This document shows positions 62,814 through 64,000 of a stretch of DNA of 64,000 nucleotides, one piece after another (position 1 is the stretch's first letter; every line of letters begins with the position of its first letter). Source of the stretch: Felis catus (Eukaryota); NCBI RefSeq assembly GCF_018350175.1, contig NC_058369.1, forward strand, positions 28,026,001-28,090,000, written 5' to 3'. The notes under the pieces are model-generated. The model had not been told where the DNA came from, did not search any database, and was given only the letters and a program-made list of their open reading frames with translations. The position numbers were made by a program, and so were the translations under genes.

Positions 62814-63006
62814 GGGGCGCCTGGGAGGCTCAGTCAGTTAGCATCCGACCATGATCTCATGGTTGGTGGGTGCCAGCCCAATATTCCAACACTGAGATCA
62901 TTGTGGTCAGCACAGAGCCTGCTTCAGATGCTCTGTCCCCCTCTTGCTGCCCCTGTCCCGCTTGTGTGTATGCTCTCTCTCTCAACAATAAATAAAACAT
63001 TTTAAT
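62814..63006 (+). mobile_element. Can-SINE (internally deleted or diverged)
   Basis: ggggcgcctgggaggctcagtcagtta head; cagcacagagcctgcttcagat; aataaataaa tail. Confidence 0.92.
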
Positions 63007-63089
63007 ACTAAGGTATCAAAATTTAAGGATCAAATAAACAGAAGATATTGAAGGCAACACAGTATTACAAACACTGGCACTGCACTGGC

Positions 63090-63298
63090 AAAAGAAAAAG
63101 GGGAAGGATGGGGAGAGGAAAAGGAGGGGAAGGGGAAGGAAGGGAGAAGGAAAGGGGAGGGAGGGGAGGAGGAAGGGAAAGGGGAAGAGAGGGGGAAGAG
63201 AGGGGGAAGAGAGGGGAAAGGGAGGGGAAGGGAAAAGAAAGAGGAGGGGAGAGGAGGGAAGGGGAGGAAGAAAGGAAAGAAGGAAACAGAGGGAAGAA
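63090..63298. repeat. G/A-rich low-complexity purine tract
   Basis: 63110-63286 has no pyrimidine on plus; many GGG to GGGGG runs. Confidence 0.95.
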
Positions 63299-63344
63299 TA
63301 TTAGGCCTCAATGGCAATGAACACAGAACTAAACTACCTTTTAA

Positions 63345-63369
63345 AAATTTTTTTTTATTGTTTGTTATT

Positions 63370-63416
<47 letters not shown>

Positions 63417-63580
63417 AAGCAAGCAGGGAAGGGGCAGAGAGAGGGAGACACAGAATCGGAAGCAGGCTCCAGGCTCTGAGCGCTCAGGGAAGAGCCCGAT
63501 GCGGGGCTCGAACTCATAGACTGGGGATCATGACCTGAGCCGTAGCCGGCTGCCCAACCAACTGAGCCACTCAGGCACCC
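63345..63580 (-). mobile_element. Can-SINE with long (GA)n
   Basis: 21-bp TSD cagaactaaactac(c/t)ttttaa at 63324-63344 and 63581-63601. Confidence 0.97.
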
Positions 63581-64000
63581 CAGAACTAAACTACTTTTTA
63601 AGGAACAATTCTTAATGCAACTTCTCCTAACCCTCACAAAGATCATCAGAAGGTAAGTCCTTTCAAGAGCACTGAGGTTTATTTAATGTCACCTCATACC
63701 TAATCTCATATGGATCCACTCATGGGGAAGTCAAATCCTGGAGCCTATTCCATTCCAGACCTCATTTTAAAACACATGTGCTTCCTCTATTCTAAAACCA
63801 GGGGACACGGGTCCACTCAAGACCTGCAGCATCGCACAATAGTACTCAGCCATCCTGCGTACAAGTCTCCTGCCACGGGTGGCCGGAGTCTGGGGTTGAG
63901 ATGGAGATCTACCACCCCAAAGCTCAATACACGTCAAAGATGAAAGCTTTTCTTTTTTTTTTTTCTTTTTTTTTTTTTGGCAGGGGGCACAAAATTTTTT

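Noticed and set aside
63030..63422. Pro/Ser/Phe-rich and Gly/Glu/Arg-rich ORFs
   Set aside because: Translations of the purine tract and the SINE (GA)n repeat.

Overview
Non-coding mammalian genomic DNA, almost certainly from a felid (cat family). It holds 21 tRNA-derived Can-SINEs of the SINEC_Fc type, several of them CpG-rich and young with clean target-site duplications (TSDs). It also holds carnivore-type and older L1 fragments, MLT1/ERVL/ERV1 solo LTRs, hAT DNA transposon relics (MER3, MER33, MER5, MER53, MER58, Charlie-like), MIR and L2 relics, and microsatellites. I recognise no protein-coding gene, tRNA, rRNA or known miRNA. The ORF track consists of SINE, L1, low-complexity or chance ORFs, apart from one decayed L1 reverse-transcriptase fragment. 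LTR orientation bias and several well-formed splice-signal pairs suggest a long intron or 5' region of a gene transcribed on the minus strand, but I cannot name the gene. The most interesting items are a well-defined 25-nt minus-strand microexon candidate (50458-50482) with a phase-compatible 24-nt neighbour, a ~920-bp TSD-flanked L1 derivative with 5'UTR fused directly to 3'UTR, near-empty TSD scars, an inverted SINE pair around a ~180-nt pure purine tract, and motif-rich unique blocks. Repeat family names come from recalled consensus sequences, not from a search, and boundaries of old repeats are approximate. I see no evidence for a complete novel gene system.
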